A stretch of DNA of 61,624 nt, counting the filler, from Fonticula-like sp. SCN 57-25 (Eukaryota), in assembly GCA_001724245.1 (NCBI GenBank). It is 9 parts of 9 records of this genome, joined end to end, with 100 filler letters (N's around TTAATTAATTAA, not from the genome) between each part and the next. Parts side by side here need not be neighbours in the genome. Positions count along the whole stretch, not along the records: positions 25,418 to 34,641 come from MEDX01000742.1; positions 34,742 to 41,797 come from MEDX01000743.1; positions 41,898 to 47,233 come from MEDX01000744.1; 6 more parts are not named here. One strand, given 5' to 3'. Under the pieces are notes generated by a model, which was given only the letters and a program-made list of their open reading frames with translations, was not told where the DNA came from and did not search any database. A program made the position numbers and the translations under genes. Shown here piece after piece: positions 33,761-45,200 of the stretch; the first letter of the stretch is position 1; every line of letters begins with the position of its first letter.

Positions 33761-34228
33761 GTGAGTTCAATGGCAACCGTGCAGCTTGCCAAAGTTGGCT
33801 CTTGGCAGTTCGACATGCCGGAAGCCTGGCTTCCCAAAGACAACGAAAGCAGCGACTCGTACTTCGAGGCGCCTGACGGAGAGAAAGGGCTGTACGTCAA
33901 GTGCATCGAGCTGCCTCACCCAGAGGCCTCACCACATGCGGTCGCAGAGTACGTGCAAGGCGTCCACTTCACGGGTTTCACCGAAATCAGCGGTTCAAAG
34001 TGGGTGGTGCAGCGGCGCACAGCTGAAGAGCATGGAGGCCTTGTCAGGTCTATCCTTGACCTTTACGACGTCCAGGCAAGTTATCGTGTGCTGTCGCTTG
34101 TAGTTTGCGGCAAGCAACAGGCAATCCAAATTACCGTACACGACTACTGGTGCACAGACTATGCGGCAACGTGTAACACTTTCAGACCATTGGTTGCATC
34201 AGTCCACAGCACGCAGTCAATGGTCTAA
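33761..34228 (+). CDS. Cassette 20: hypothetical protein, possible PsbP/DcrB-like fold
   Basis: 155 aa (ATG alternative at 33770). WQFDMPEAW near the start, beta-rich, F..LVASV at the end. Confidence 0.72.
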   Translation: MSSMATVQLAKVGSWQFDMPEAWLPKDNESSDSYFEAPDGEKGLYVKCIELPHPEASPHAVAEYVQGVHFTGFTEISGSKWVVQRRTAEEHGGLVRSILDLYDVQASYRVLSLVVCGKQQAIQITVHDYWCTDYAATCNTFRPLVASVHSTQSMV

Positions 34229-34279
34229 CAACTCGTTCAAGGCGGACGGCTGCGCCGCCGCTTAACTCAAGCGTTAGAA
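34223..34279 (+). repeat. attC: attC 21 (type A)
   Basis: GTCTAAC..GTTAGAA. Confidence 0.92.
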
Positions 34280-34285
34280 GGTAAC

Positions 34286-34519
34286 GTGCGTAACTTTTTC
34301 GTAGGGCAAAACATCACCCCATTTTCTACCGCTCTGCGACTGGCCGTTGTTGCGGTGTGTCTCGCGTTCGCCGGTTTTCTGCTGGTCCTTCTCGCAATGT
34401 CTTGGCATGCGCGCGTACTCTTCGTTTTGGGGTTCGCGTGCGCAGTGACCGGCATCTTCGGTGGCATCGGCGCAATACTCTACGGCTGGTGCGTTTTTGC
34501 TCGTTCACGCGGTAGGTAG
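34286..34519 (+). CDS. Cassette 21: 2-TM hypothetical protein
   Basis: 77 aa, GTG start, hydrophobic. Confidence 0.65.
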   Translation: MRNFFVGQNITPFSTALRLAVVAVCLAFAGFLLVLLAMSWHARVLFVLGFACAVTGIFGGIGAILYGWCVFARSRGR

Positions 34520-34532
34520 CGGCGGCGCAATC

Positions 34533-34559
34533 TTCTAACTACTCGTTCAAGGCGGACGG
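34533..34559 (+). repeat. attC: attC 22, left arm only (interrupted)
   Basis: TTCTAACTACTCGTTCAAGGCGGACGG then an abrupt switch to foreign sequence. Confidence 0.85.
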
Positions 34560-34641
34560 GATAGTTCCTACGCTTTAGTGGACACCCTGAACTACCACTT
34601 CAGGAGTCCACAAGATGCCCAAACCAGGTCCACGAACCACC
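34560..34641 (+). mobile_element. Left end of an IS3-family-like element with start of orfA
   Basis: TTTAGTGGACACC IR-like core, AGGAG RBS, ATG 34615 (MPKPGPRTT), RBS-covering hairpin. The contig ends here. Confidence 0.6.
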
Positions 34642-34864
34642 NNNNNNNNNNNNNNNNNNNNNNNNNNNNNNNNNNNNNNNNNNNNTTAATTAATTAANNN
34701 NNNNNNNNNNNNNNNNNNNNNNNNNNNNNNNNNNNNNNNNNATTCAGATTCAGCGACGCAAACTGCATTGCCTTATTGCAAAACATCATTTTCACAGGGC
34801 TGTGGCAACACTGAGCATTTGGCCCGAAGGAGCCTCACTTTGCTTTTCCAACCTGACACGCAGT

Positions 34865-35425
34865 GGTCGGGCACGATGCCGATGTTGCTGTGCGCATCGT
34901 GAGCATCATTCCAGCTTTTTTTTCGTTTGCGGCATGTAGGTGCGTTATAGTAGGTATTATTTTGGCGGTCTTTTTAACACGTGTTGTTTTTCTTGCGCGT
35001 TTTAGTTGGACGCGATGATGGCTAGATGCGCCGTCGGGCGCGTGTCATTCTGTCGTCATGTCGGTGTGCTCCCGCGTCATCTACCTGAAATCGCGTCGCG
35101 CGGCTTTTATTTGAAGTCGACGTTTTTTAGTTGGCTTGTTTTTGCACTTTTAATTTGAATTGGACGTTGGTTACAGTTGACGATTCCCATTTCACACCCG
35201 GGCACGCACACAGCCGATGTTGCTGTGCGCTTCGTGTGCACCATTACAGCCATTACGTGTGCTGCTTGTTGGTGCGTTTTTGCTTTGTTTTTTTGGCGAC
35301 ACGGCCTAACATGTCCTGCTTGATTAGCTCATGTTTGCTTGACTTGATGATGACTGGAATGCGGGCGCGCGCGTGGCGATTTTCTGTTGCCTCTAGTCGA
35401 TGGGCTCCCCGCCTCATCTACCGGA
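34865..35425. repeat. Degenerate ~335-bp direct duplication
   Basis: GCCGATGTTGCTGTGCGC at ~34878 and ~35213. CTCCC..TCATCTACC at ~35069 and ~35405. Confidence 0.6.
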
Positions 35426-36710
35426 CAACGGCTCGTGCGTACTTCTTTTGGATTTATTGGTTTCTATTTGTCTAATATTTTGCTTTTTAACAGCCGATGC
35501 GACGGTTCTTGCCATTTCCGATTCTCATCGCCGTCTTTTTAGCTGAAAATCGTGGGGCCTGTGTGTAGCGGCAGAACCCTAAGTCTCGCTCGCGCTTTTT
35601 CAGCCGTCGCGCCCCCCCGCGTACGCTGTTGAGCTGCTTTTTTTTTGTGCTGTAATGGCTATGTTGCTGTTGCACTCATTTTTACCGATTTTTCGCCGCG
35701 GACGCGGGGGCAAGTGATTTCATCTTCCGCGTCGGAATGTTGGTGGAGTTGGCCATTGTGCCCGAGCTGCTTTCCATAAGCACACGTATGTTTGCGATGC
35801 TTGTTGGGCATTCTTGTTAAGCATTTTGGGGGGCATTTGTGGGCGTGAGCTAGTAGTTGGAGGCGGAATATTCTCTCGTTCTGCCCCGCCGCTGCCGCCG
35901 GCACTCTAGTTGTGCCGCCGCACACTCTCTCCTTGCTGGTTTCGGCCTTAGCTTGGGAGGCATTATCGGCGCATATGTGCTGTCGTTTATGACGTATATG
36001 CGTGTCCGTCCTGGTCAGTTGCCGGCCTGCGCTTCCATGCGCTATTTGCTCGAACGCTCCTCTCATCTTGGCGACTCAATCGCGTCGTTCATAATGCCAA
36101 GGCTCACGCGCTGGCCAGCACAATACCCGAGAAGTCTGCTATTAAGGCGGCGCGCCGACTCTCTCTTTGATACTAAAACGCTGGTGCGCGCTGCAAGTAT
36201 CCGTGGTCCCGGACCGCCTGTGCATCGATGTGCGTGGTTGTTTATTTTGGCCGTCTGCTTGATTGGGTGATTTATTTTTCGGCGTCGGTTCGGCAAACGC
36301 TGCTACACACGGCTGACTCATCGGATTATGCAGTAGTGACAGGTTATATCTTGTAGGTTTTTCGATTTTGTACAGTTGAATATAGGCTGCGTTGATGGCA
36401 AATAATGTTCTCGGTGGGTATTACATATTATCATGATGATGTGAATAGCGCGCGCTCCTTTGTATTATTATTTGGCGTGAAGCACAACTCTCAATTAGGC
36501 GGATCACAAACGACAACGTAGCTCTTTGCTCAATGAAGCCCATAATACACGTATACGCTTCTTTGCATAATTCGCAAGGTCGACACCGGCCAAGTCTTTT
36601 TATAGTATAGTACTGTTGTCGACGGGGAGCACATGAGCACACCGGCGGCACGCATGGTTCAAAAGGGCAATGGCGCCAAGAACAAGCCGGCCGTGCTTGG
36701 TACGGGCTTT

Positions 36711-36896
36711 GACTTCGCATGCTCGCATCATCGCATGTCAGCGAAAAGGACATTCACAACATCATGACGGGCGTTCTGAGCAATCTGAGGCGTGTCCCGT
36801 TGAAGCAGGTCAATCGGCTTGAAGGGAAAGCCCGTCATGGATTTCAATTGTTGTTTCGAAAGTCCATCACATGCGATGATGCGAGCATGCGATGTC
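36711..36896. repeat. Foldback element with perfect 24-bp outer and 10-bp inner inverted repeats
   Basis: TCGCATGCTCGCATCATCGCATGT 36715-36738 vs reverse complement 36869-36892. CATGACGGGC 36763-36772 vs GCCCGTCATG 36830-36839. Confidence 0.85.
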
Positions 36897-38352
36897 GGCG
36901 GCCGCAAAGATGCCCACTAGATTGCCCAACCGTGCTGGTCCTTTCGAAATCATCGCTCCGATTCGCTCGACGCTCGGTAACCTCGGTTCGCCGCCCGTTT
37001 CATGTTTTCTGTATAAACATCGAACGCCGATTGGGAGCATCGACCGCGTTGAGAATAGCGGAGACTCCATATTGCGCTTTGCTCCCAACGGATTTATAGG
37101 TGTCTTGGTGACCGTCGTCGAGCGGACGGCGTGACTGCGTCATGGTCGCGAACGAAGGAAATTCAAGGAATCGCCGACATCGTGATTCGCGACATCATGT
37201 CATCGTCGAACCCAGATGATCGTGGAGCGACTATGGAAGTTCATTGTCTACAAAGACGTCCTCGAGGCAAACTGCGTGGACGCGCGTGCCCCGTGTTCAA
37301 ACTCTGAACGGTTGTTTACTTTCACCGAGATTGTGGGAGTGTCTTCTTTTGTACAGCTGGACTGTACGAATCGAGAGTATCTGTCCGAAAAAGGAAATTA
37401 GTTTTACAAAACAAGATACGTCACGTCCAAAAAAGGAACCAATATTTCCAAAACAAGAAGAGCGATAGTTCAGCCCATCCTAGGATGTTGACCAAGTTTC
37501 CATGGGGCACAGGCGAAGGGCCAAGCAAATCGTAAGCCTGATCATTCGGTTGTGTTTCGTTGGGCTGCTGGTTGAGTAGCGTGCCGTCAGATTGTCTCTC
37601 CAGCAGCGAACTCAGAAAGGCTGCCGGCCTGTCGCATCGCGGCAATGGCGGCATCTGGCCATCTGCCACTGGAATCGGCGTGTCGGCGGCCCGACGGGCC
37701 CGCGCTCGTTGGAGAACAGAAGCCAGAGGCCGTGCGCGCATAGCGAAGCTTGCTTTTAGTGAGATTCGCGTTTGCTTTCGGTCCTCTACATTTGTCATCA
37801 GATTCTGTACACCGGTGGGGCAATTGCCATTTCTTGGACCACAGATCTGACAAGCCAGTCGGCTGACTCGGCTGACTGACTGACTCGGCTCTGGCCCTCT
37901 GGGCGCAGTCATCCTGTCATTGCAGTCGGCCTTGTGTTTTTGAAATGTCAATAACAAATTTCGTACCAAAAAAATTCGTCGACGGTTGCGGTTGGACATC
38001 AATTGCAACGTCGCAACGACGGGAGACCGGGGAGATCTGCGCCGCAATAAGATCTGCTCACCTCCTGTGTCCAGCATTCAACGCCAGAAACCGAGGACGA
38101 TGTGTCAACATCGTGGATCCAACCCGCTCCAAGATGATTCCCTTTGGTATGGTTCTCACTGGCAAAGGATTAGGCGCTTGCAGATCGCTGAGCCCGCGAC
38201 GTCGCCTCCTGTGTGCAGCCCGCCGCGGCGGCCGACTTTGAGTAGGTTTTGGTTATGTGTATGCGTGAAATTCTAGAAATATAGCACTACTGACATCAAT
38301 ACTGCGTATATTTTATAATCTGCCTCACAAACGGCAATAACATAAAATTATC

Positions 38353-41300
38353 CTAGTTGCTTGCATCGGGGGAAATTTCCTTCAATGCAGCACGAAGCTG
38401 CTCCTGCGCGGCAGTGCTCCCCCCGAGACGAGTCATCCGTTCCTCAAGCGTGTTAACAAGCTCCTCCTCGCTCTGAAGTAAGGCGAGCGCACGCTTCCAA
38501 TCCGCCATGCTGCAAAGCTCAGCATCCGGTTGCGCCGACGCGTACAGGTAGCCTGCGAGTGGGCGCGAACGGTCACTGCTCGTACGGACGATGGCTCGCA
38601 GCAGTGCCTCAGATGGGTAGTACCAGTCGGGATCATGCTTGGCCGACTCGATGTACGCGCACACTTCGCTGTCAATTTCGCGGGGTTCTTCTCCGTCCAC
38701 CTTTGACGAGCGCACGCGAATAAGCTTGTTTACCAAAGAAGGCCACTTGCGGTCTGCAGCGCCGCATTCCGCAAGAATGCCTGCCATCGATGGTTTCAGA
38801 GCCGAGTGCGCTCCCTCGAAGCGTAGCAAGGATGCAAAGCACCCCGACCAAAGCGCATGCAAGACTTTGCCGCTTGCTTCGCTGCACAGATTGCACGATA
38901 CCGTACGAAGCAAACGAAGAAGCATCTCCTCGCGCTCCTTGGGCAAGCCAATGACCGTTTTCATCGTCTGCGCGTGTTTTGCTGCCCACAAAAGCGCCTG
39001 CGGGTGCTTTCGGCGAAGACGATCGTCGTCAGATTCGTCCTTGTGGTCACCGGCGCGCACCAGGCCCCATACAGCTGCCCCGATTACACACTGGACGTCG
39101 TCCCAGTGTACGTCATCGGAAACTGGATACTCGCGAACCACATCTCTCGCTAAGCGGGCATCAGGCGCCTCGTTCAGCATGCCACGCAGATTCCCGCGGT
39201 TCATCGCAATGAGGCAAGCTCGCTTATCGGGGCAGACAGACAGAAGATTAAGAAGGTCTTGGTACTGCGTAACGTAGTTGTCCTTCCACACCCGCGCCAC
39301 CACGTCCCAGTTGACCGAGTAGCGGTGTTGTATAATGTTGGCGAGCCAAACGAGGTCGGTAAAGTCGCCCACGAGACAGCGCACTTCATAGGAGGACACG
39401 GTGTTTACCCCCAACCGGGTCGGGGCCTCGATGTAGGGGAATTCGGCTTGATCAACATACCGAAGACAGGAAAACATTGAAAGCACTTTGTTGGGATCCT
39501 CTTTGCTGCCGAGGTATTTCACAAAGGCCCCAAGACGCTCTGCAGGGTGCCACTTCCACGCGTCGGTCCGACGACAAAAATCAGGGAAAGACACACACTT
39601 GCTTGCGTCGGACCCCAGAGCGGTACGAACGAGCAGCCGTATTGGGCACGTCTGGTCTACTGAATAATCCGGGGTATCCATCGTCTCGGCAATGAACCCC
39701 CGAACAAGACGTTCGCGCAGCGTCTAAGGCGCAACAATGCAAATTAGCTACAGAGTTGTACAGACGCAAGACGCGCATACCGGGGATAGGAATGGTAGCT
39801 TGTTCCTAAGCCATGCAACAAGCTTATCATGCGCAGCATTAATGAATGTGGGATCGCGAGCGAAGGTAAGCACCGCCTCAACGTGTCGCAGCGAAATGGC
39901 CGAATCGGAGAAGCAGAGGCGCACCACCTTATGCCACTTGTCCACCAATACCCAATCACCTGAAAAATCTTTGTGGATCTTGTGAATTACCTGATCCGTC
40001 AGGCGCACTTCGAGCATGCTAACTTTGACAGAGCCTCCTGTGCGCTGTTCTGTGTCATCTAACAGCTGGCGGTCTTGGGCTACCAAATACATCAGTAAGC
40101 GTCAACTGCATATTATATTTAAGAGACGAACCGTTGTGTCGGTTGCCAACGAGCACAAGCCGCAGCCAGGAAAGCTTGGGAATGCACCACTCAAACAGCT
40201 CGCGCTTGTGCTCTCGCGAAAGGATATGATACTCGTCTGCTACGAGAAGCGTGGGTCGATTCTCGTAGGGGATCTTGTCGAGCAGGACCTGGCTTAGAGC
40301 CTTCTGTACGAGAATATCGCTGCTGCAGTCGAATCGTTCGCAAATCAGCCCATCCTTGCGCAGATCACTCATCAAGCTGTGCTCTACAAAGTACGTCTTT
40401 CCGGCACCCGGTGGGCTTACAATCAGCAAAACGCACGAGCGCCTAGCAGTTTCTCCCGCGCTCGAAGTCCAATCGTCATCTAGCGTTGGGGGCAATGGCC
40501 GCTTATGACCAATCTCGCCAACGACAAGCCGACCCTTCTCAATGGTGTGGGTGTTGTAGACGCCGTGGTCGTCGTCCGCGGTGCGCTCACCATCGCTCTT
40601 GTCGTCAAAGTCAAAGTTGCATCGGTCACGGTTCTCCGAGTAGTTGTATGTACTAACGGCGCCCTCAAAGTAAATGAAATGCCAGGGCACCTGGTTGGTG
40701 TGCTCGCAGCACCACTTGAGCAGCTGGTCGTCCACGATACGCAGGCCTCGCACATACACGATAAGCTGTGTTGCCGAGAAATGGTTGAGAATCTTCTGAT
40801 AAATCATCTCAATTCGGCTCTGGCGAATAGTGAGAGCATCAAAACTCTCCACTACAACACGCAAGTTGCTGCCCGTCGCTTCAAAGTTTGCTCTGAGCCC
40901 AGGTAGCGTATCCGAATTACAAAAGTAGACGCCGTAGCCGCCAGTCTTGCGCGCAATGTACCGCTGAGCGTCAGAGCGCTTCTGCGCGCTGTCCGATAGT
41001 TTCGTTGCTCCAAGCAGCATGTCAGACACGTCCTTGCTCGGGCACGCATCGGAAAGGGCATACGCAACAACGCGCGCACTAAGACTACACTTTGGCATCT
41101 CCCTAATGCCCCCAACAGTATCACGCCGCTGCAGCATGTACGCCTTCATAGCGGCAGGGAGCGGCGCCAGCTGCGTCTGAGTAAGCCACGCCATGAGCTT
41201 GGGCATGAGCTTGGACAAGTCGTATTTTTTCGACCTGTACTGCTCAAAGATACGCTGAGGAAACATGATAGCCACAGGACGCTGCGACTTTGGTACACCC

Positions 41301-41797
41301 ATTGCATTGAGGTGGCCTTGATCCAAAAAGTGCGCATAGTACGACAGCGGCGAGCCGCTAAGAGAGAGCACCGAGTATGAATCATCGCCGGGCTCCTTTC
41401 CAATCGTAACCTCGGCCTTGTTGACCTTGCCATCCTCGGCAAACGCGTTGCTGCCGTGGAAAACCCTCAATATGGGCGACATGGACGGCGAAAGTTCAAA
41501 ACAGCGAATGAGCCTGCCCGCGTCATTGTTCAGTAGGTCGCCGAGCACGGGAAAGTATCCAATGCAGTTAATTAGAGCAGCTTCCAAAGAACGAATCCAC
41601 CGTTGACGCCTAATCCCAAAATGGTCAGCGCCAGTGCACACTTTTGATATAGTACATACTCGCTGCGGTCAGCCGTGGCCATGCTTTGCTCATTCCTCAT
41701 GTGCGTCACCAGCACATTCGCAAGACGCTTTGTTTCCACATGTGCGTCACCAAGCGTCGCGACAATTGCACTTGAAAATGCATTGCATCGAAGCACG
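38353..41797 (-). CDS. Large protein with AAA+/P-loop NTPase domain (5' truncated, 2 short introns)
   Basis: Walker A SPPGAGKT, Walker B LLVADEYH, sensor-like LVLVGN. ORFs 40055-41641, 39748-40092 and 38353-39681 are linked by GT-AG introns. Confidence 0.7.
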
Positions 41798-42202
41798 NNN
41801 NNNNNNNNNNNNNNNNNNNNNNNNNNNNNNNNNNNNNNNNNTTAATTAATTAANNNNNNNNNNNNNNNNNNNNNNNNNNNNNNNNNNNNNNNNNNNNTTG
41901 CCGCCTCGCCGCCTGCCGCTCATGATGTGTGTTTGGTCCGAGTCAAGTCAGGAAATGAGAACCCTACCGATCACACTGCCCCTCGAGTAATCGATGGAGC
42001 TGCTGTGCATGCACTTTCCATGAGAATCGATGGCGCGTGTAACTGCGCTTGCGTGATCGTCTGTGCGCTTGGCACCGGCGTTGTTGCCTAATTTACCTGC
42101 GCATTATTGATCTTCACGCCATCTTTCAAGATCCCTTCGCCTCTCGGGCATTTAATGTAGGGTCCTTGGAGTGTGCCAGGGGGTGCTCAGTGTGCACCGT
42201 GA

Positions 42203-45200
42203 ATGAGGTCACCCCTTTCTGCCAGTACTGCGCAAGGTCAGTGTCACTCTAAGCCCTTTACTTCTCCCTCTTCTCCCATAAAGGGGACGTATCTCTCCTC
42301 CATTTGCGTCCATTGGTGTTTCATGATGCGGCCCGTTTCGCCCACAATGACGTCAGCCCCGTCGATATTGCTGTGCCTTCCGCCACAGCTCGCCACTTTC
42401 CCTTTCCCGCCCAATCATGCAGACCACAATGATAACGGCGCTTCGGGCTTCGGAGCCTCTGCGCTCCCGCCTCGTTCTTTGCTCTCTTTCCTCTCGCCCA
42501 TTCTCCTATCGGATCCTCGCGCGGGTACGCTCACTCCTCGATCGATCAAGTGCTCTGTTCTGACATGCGATCTGCAGCAGCATCGCGTTGCCGCCTGCAC
42601 CCGCGGGTATCTTTCTTCTGACCCTTTGAACCGCCAGCACGCGCCCGGCGTTGTGAACCCGCAGGCAGCCGACTCGTCCGTCTTTTCTCGCCCGACCGCG
42701 TCGTCAAGCCGCGGCCCTTCTTTTGACGGCATTGCGCCGTCCGTCTCCGACGCCGACAGCCGCCTCCTTGCCGAAGGTCTTCGCCAACACCACAAGCAGC
42801 GTCAGCAGCAGTGGCAGCCGCGCGACGCTGCGCCGTCATGCGCTCTGAATGTGACACCGCCGCAGGGCAACTATGGCCAGACGAGCGCGCGGTGCCCCGG
42901 CGAGCATGTTCCCGCTACCGACGCGGGTTCGATCCCAATGCTCGGCGTCGAGGACGCAATTTCCTTTATGCGCGCGCCGGTCGACAGCTACGTGACGAGC
43001 ATCCCCGACGCACACGTCGCCAAGGCGCTCGGTATTCGCTCGCCACCCGCGCCGCCGCCGCCGCTCTCGTCGATGACTCACCGCAACCCGATGCACGCCG
43101 ACCAGCGCCGCGAGATGGGCACGGCCGCGGTGCCGCCGCGCACGGGTCGCCCTCACGGTCACGTGCCGCCGCCAAAGTCGCTCGAGAGGGCGCAGCAGGG
43201 GCCGCACCCGCCCCGCGTCAAGGAAGAAGATCTTCCCGATGGCGTCGATAGCATCATGAGCGCCGTCAGGGAGAGCACCCGCCGCACAGAGGAGCTCTTG
43301 TCCCGCGAGGGGCCAAAGACAATCCAGCAGGCCGCTGGACATGCCAAGAAGGCCGGAGAACATGTCAAGGAAGCCGGTGCGGATGCAGCTGGACATGCCA
43401 AGGAAGCGGCGCATCACGTCAAGGAGGCTGGCGCCGACGCAGCCGGACACGCTAAAAAGGCAGCGCATCACGTGAAGGAAGCTGGTGCTGATGCTGCTGG
43501 ACGCGTCAAGGAAGCAGGCGCTGAAGCCGCTGGGCAAGCCAAGAAAGTGGCGCACAATGTCAAGGAAGCAGGCGCAGAGGCCGTTGAGTCTGCCAAGGAA
43601 GTTGGCGCCGAGGCAGCCGGGCGCGCCAAGGAAGCAGGCGCTGAAGCTGTGGGACGTGCCAAGGAAGCGGGCGCAGAGGCCGCTGGGCAAGCCAAGAAGG
43701 TAGCGCACAATGTCAAGGAAGCGGGCGCTGAGGCCGTTGAGTCCGCCAAGGAGGCCGCGGGAGACGCCGGCGAGCGCGTCTCTGACGCCGCCAAGCGCGT
43801 CGCCGGCCGCGTCGTCGATGACGCCAAACAAGTCGCCGGCCGCGTCAAGGAAGAGGCCCAGGATGCTGCCAAGGACGTTGCCTCTGATGTTGCTCGTCGC
43901 GGCGCCGCCGCCGCGCAGGATGCCGCCAATTGGGCCGCACCAAAGGCGGTCGACGCCGTCGAGCGTGCCGTCGACGCGTCCAAGGGGGCGGCGCAGAGCG
44001 TCGTGGCAAAGGGCCAGGCCGTCGCTTCAAAGGTCGTCCCTGATCGCGTGGCGAGCGCCGCCGGCGCCGCCGTCGACCAGGCCAAGGACGCCGCCGCCAA
44101 GTTCACCGCGCCCGAGGTTCGCGAGGCCGCTGGCCGCGTGCAAGATCTTGCCGGTGAGGCCGCTGAGCACCTGCGAAAGTCTGACGTGGCGGGCGCCGGG
44201 ACGCGCACGATTGACGCGGCGCGCGAAGTGGCGTCCATGCTGACGCCGCCCATTATCAGCGACACGCTCAAGCATGTGGCGGGTGTCAGCAAGGACGCCG
44301 CGCAAAAGATGTCGGGGCCCGTGAGCGACGCCGCGCACCAGGTGTCGGACGTTGGCAAGGAGGCGATGCACAATATGGCGCCGCCCAAGGTGGCCAGCAC
44401 CTTGTCGCACGTGGCCAGGGCGACGAGGGAGACGCTCGAGAGCATCACGCCGCCCATTGTCACGCAGACGGTCAAGCAGGCGGGCGCAGTGGCGCGCGAG
44501 GCACTCGGCATCCCGGACAAGACCGACAAGAAAGAAGCTGCTGACAAGAACAAGGACGAGAAGCAGATGGCCGATAAGGATGACAAACACAAGGAGAAGC
44601 AGATGGCCGACAAGCATGACAAGAACAAGGACGAAAAGGTGATGACCGACAAGTTTCGCGACAACAAGGAAGAGAAGCAGATGACCGACAAATTTCGCGA
44701 CAACAAGGAAGAGAAGCAGATGACCGACAAGTACGCCAAGTCTGACGCCGACGAAGCGCAGCGCCTCGCGAGCGAGATCAAGGCCACCGGCGCCGGCCGC
44801 GACCGCTACGTCGAGCACACCACCGCCGACAATGCGCGCGGCGCTGTCACTGACAAGCTCGACAGCAAGGACAAGCCGCGCATGTCCGCCTCGACGGTGA
44901 AGAGCCGCACTGCGAGCGAGGACATTGAGGACACGCGCCTCGCCAACGAGCGCTTTGCCGCGTCGCTGCACGAGGCGAGCCGCGACGACTATTACAAGCA
45001 CGTCGGCGCAATGTCGCAAACCGCCGAGCAGTTTGCCGAGACGTCGGCGCCAACGTCGTCCGAGTCCATGTTTAGCGTTGGGCGCGGGTCGGTCAGCAGC
45101 GCCGGCCAGTGGGCGCGCGAGGCGCCACGTGACGCGGCAAAGACAGCTGGCGAGCTGCTCGAGGACGAGATGCACACGCTGGACGACACGGCCGGCGAGC

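Larger units (their letters stand above)
25418..34641 (+). mobile_element. Bacterial integron gene-cassette array (22 attC, 21 cassettes, no intI on this contig)
   Basis: Co-oriented short intronless ORFs, each followed by a 56-66 bp imperfect palindrome from CTAAC to GTTAG. 18 of 21 cassettes have exactly complementary 7-bp R'/R'' ends. Confidence 0.97.

Noticed and set aside
25450-34559. Regularly spaced palindromic repeats read as CRISPR, REP elements or terminators
   Set aside because: Spacers are 120-890 bp and mostly whole genes. Repeats have TAAC..GTT attC ends matched per cassette. No cas genes are present.
24391-34742. Integron integrated in a eukaryotic chromosome beside the Rieske gene
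   Set aside because: Both sides are artificial N/TTAATTAATTAA linkers, so there is no evidence of physical linkage.
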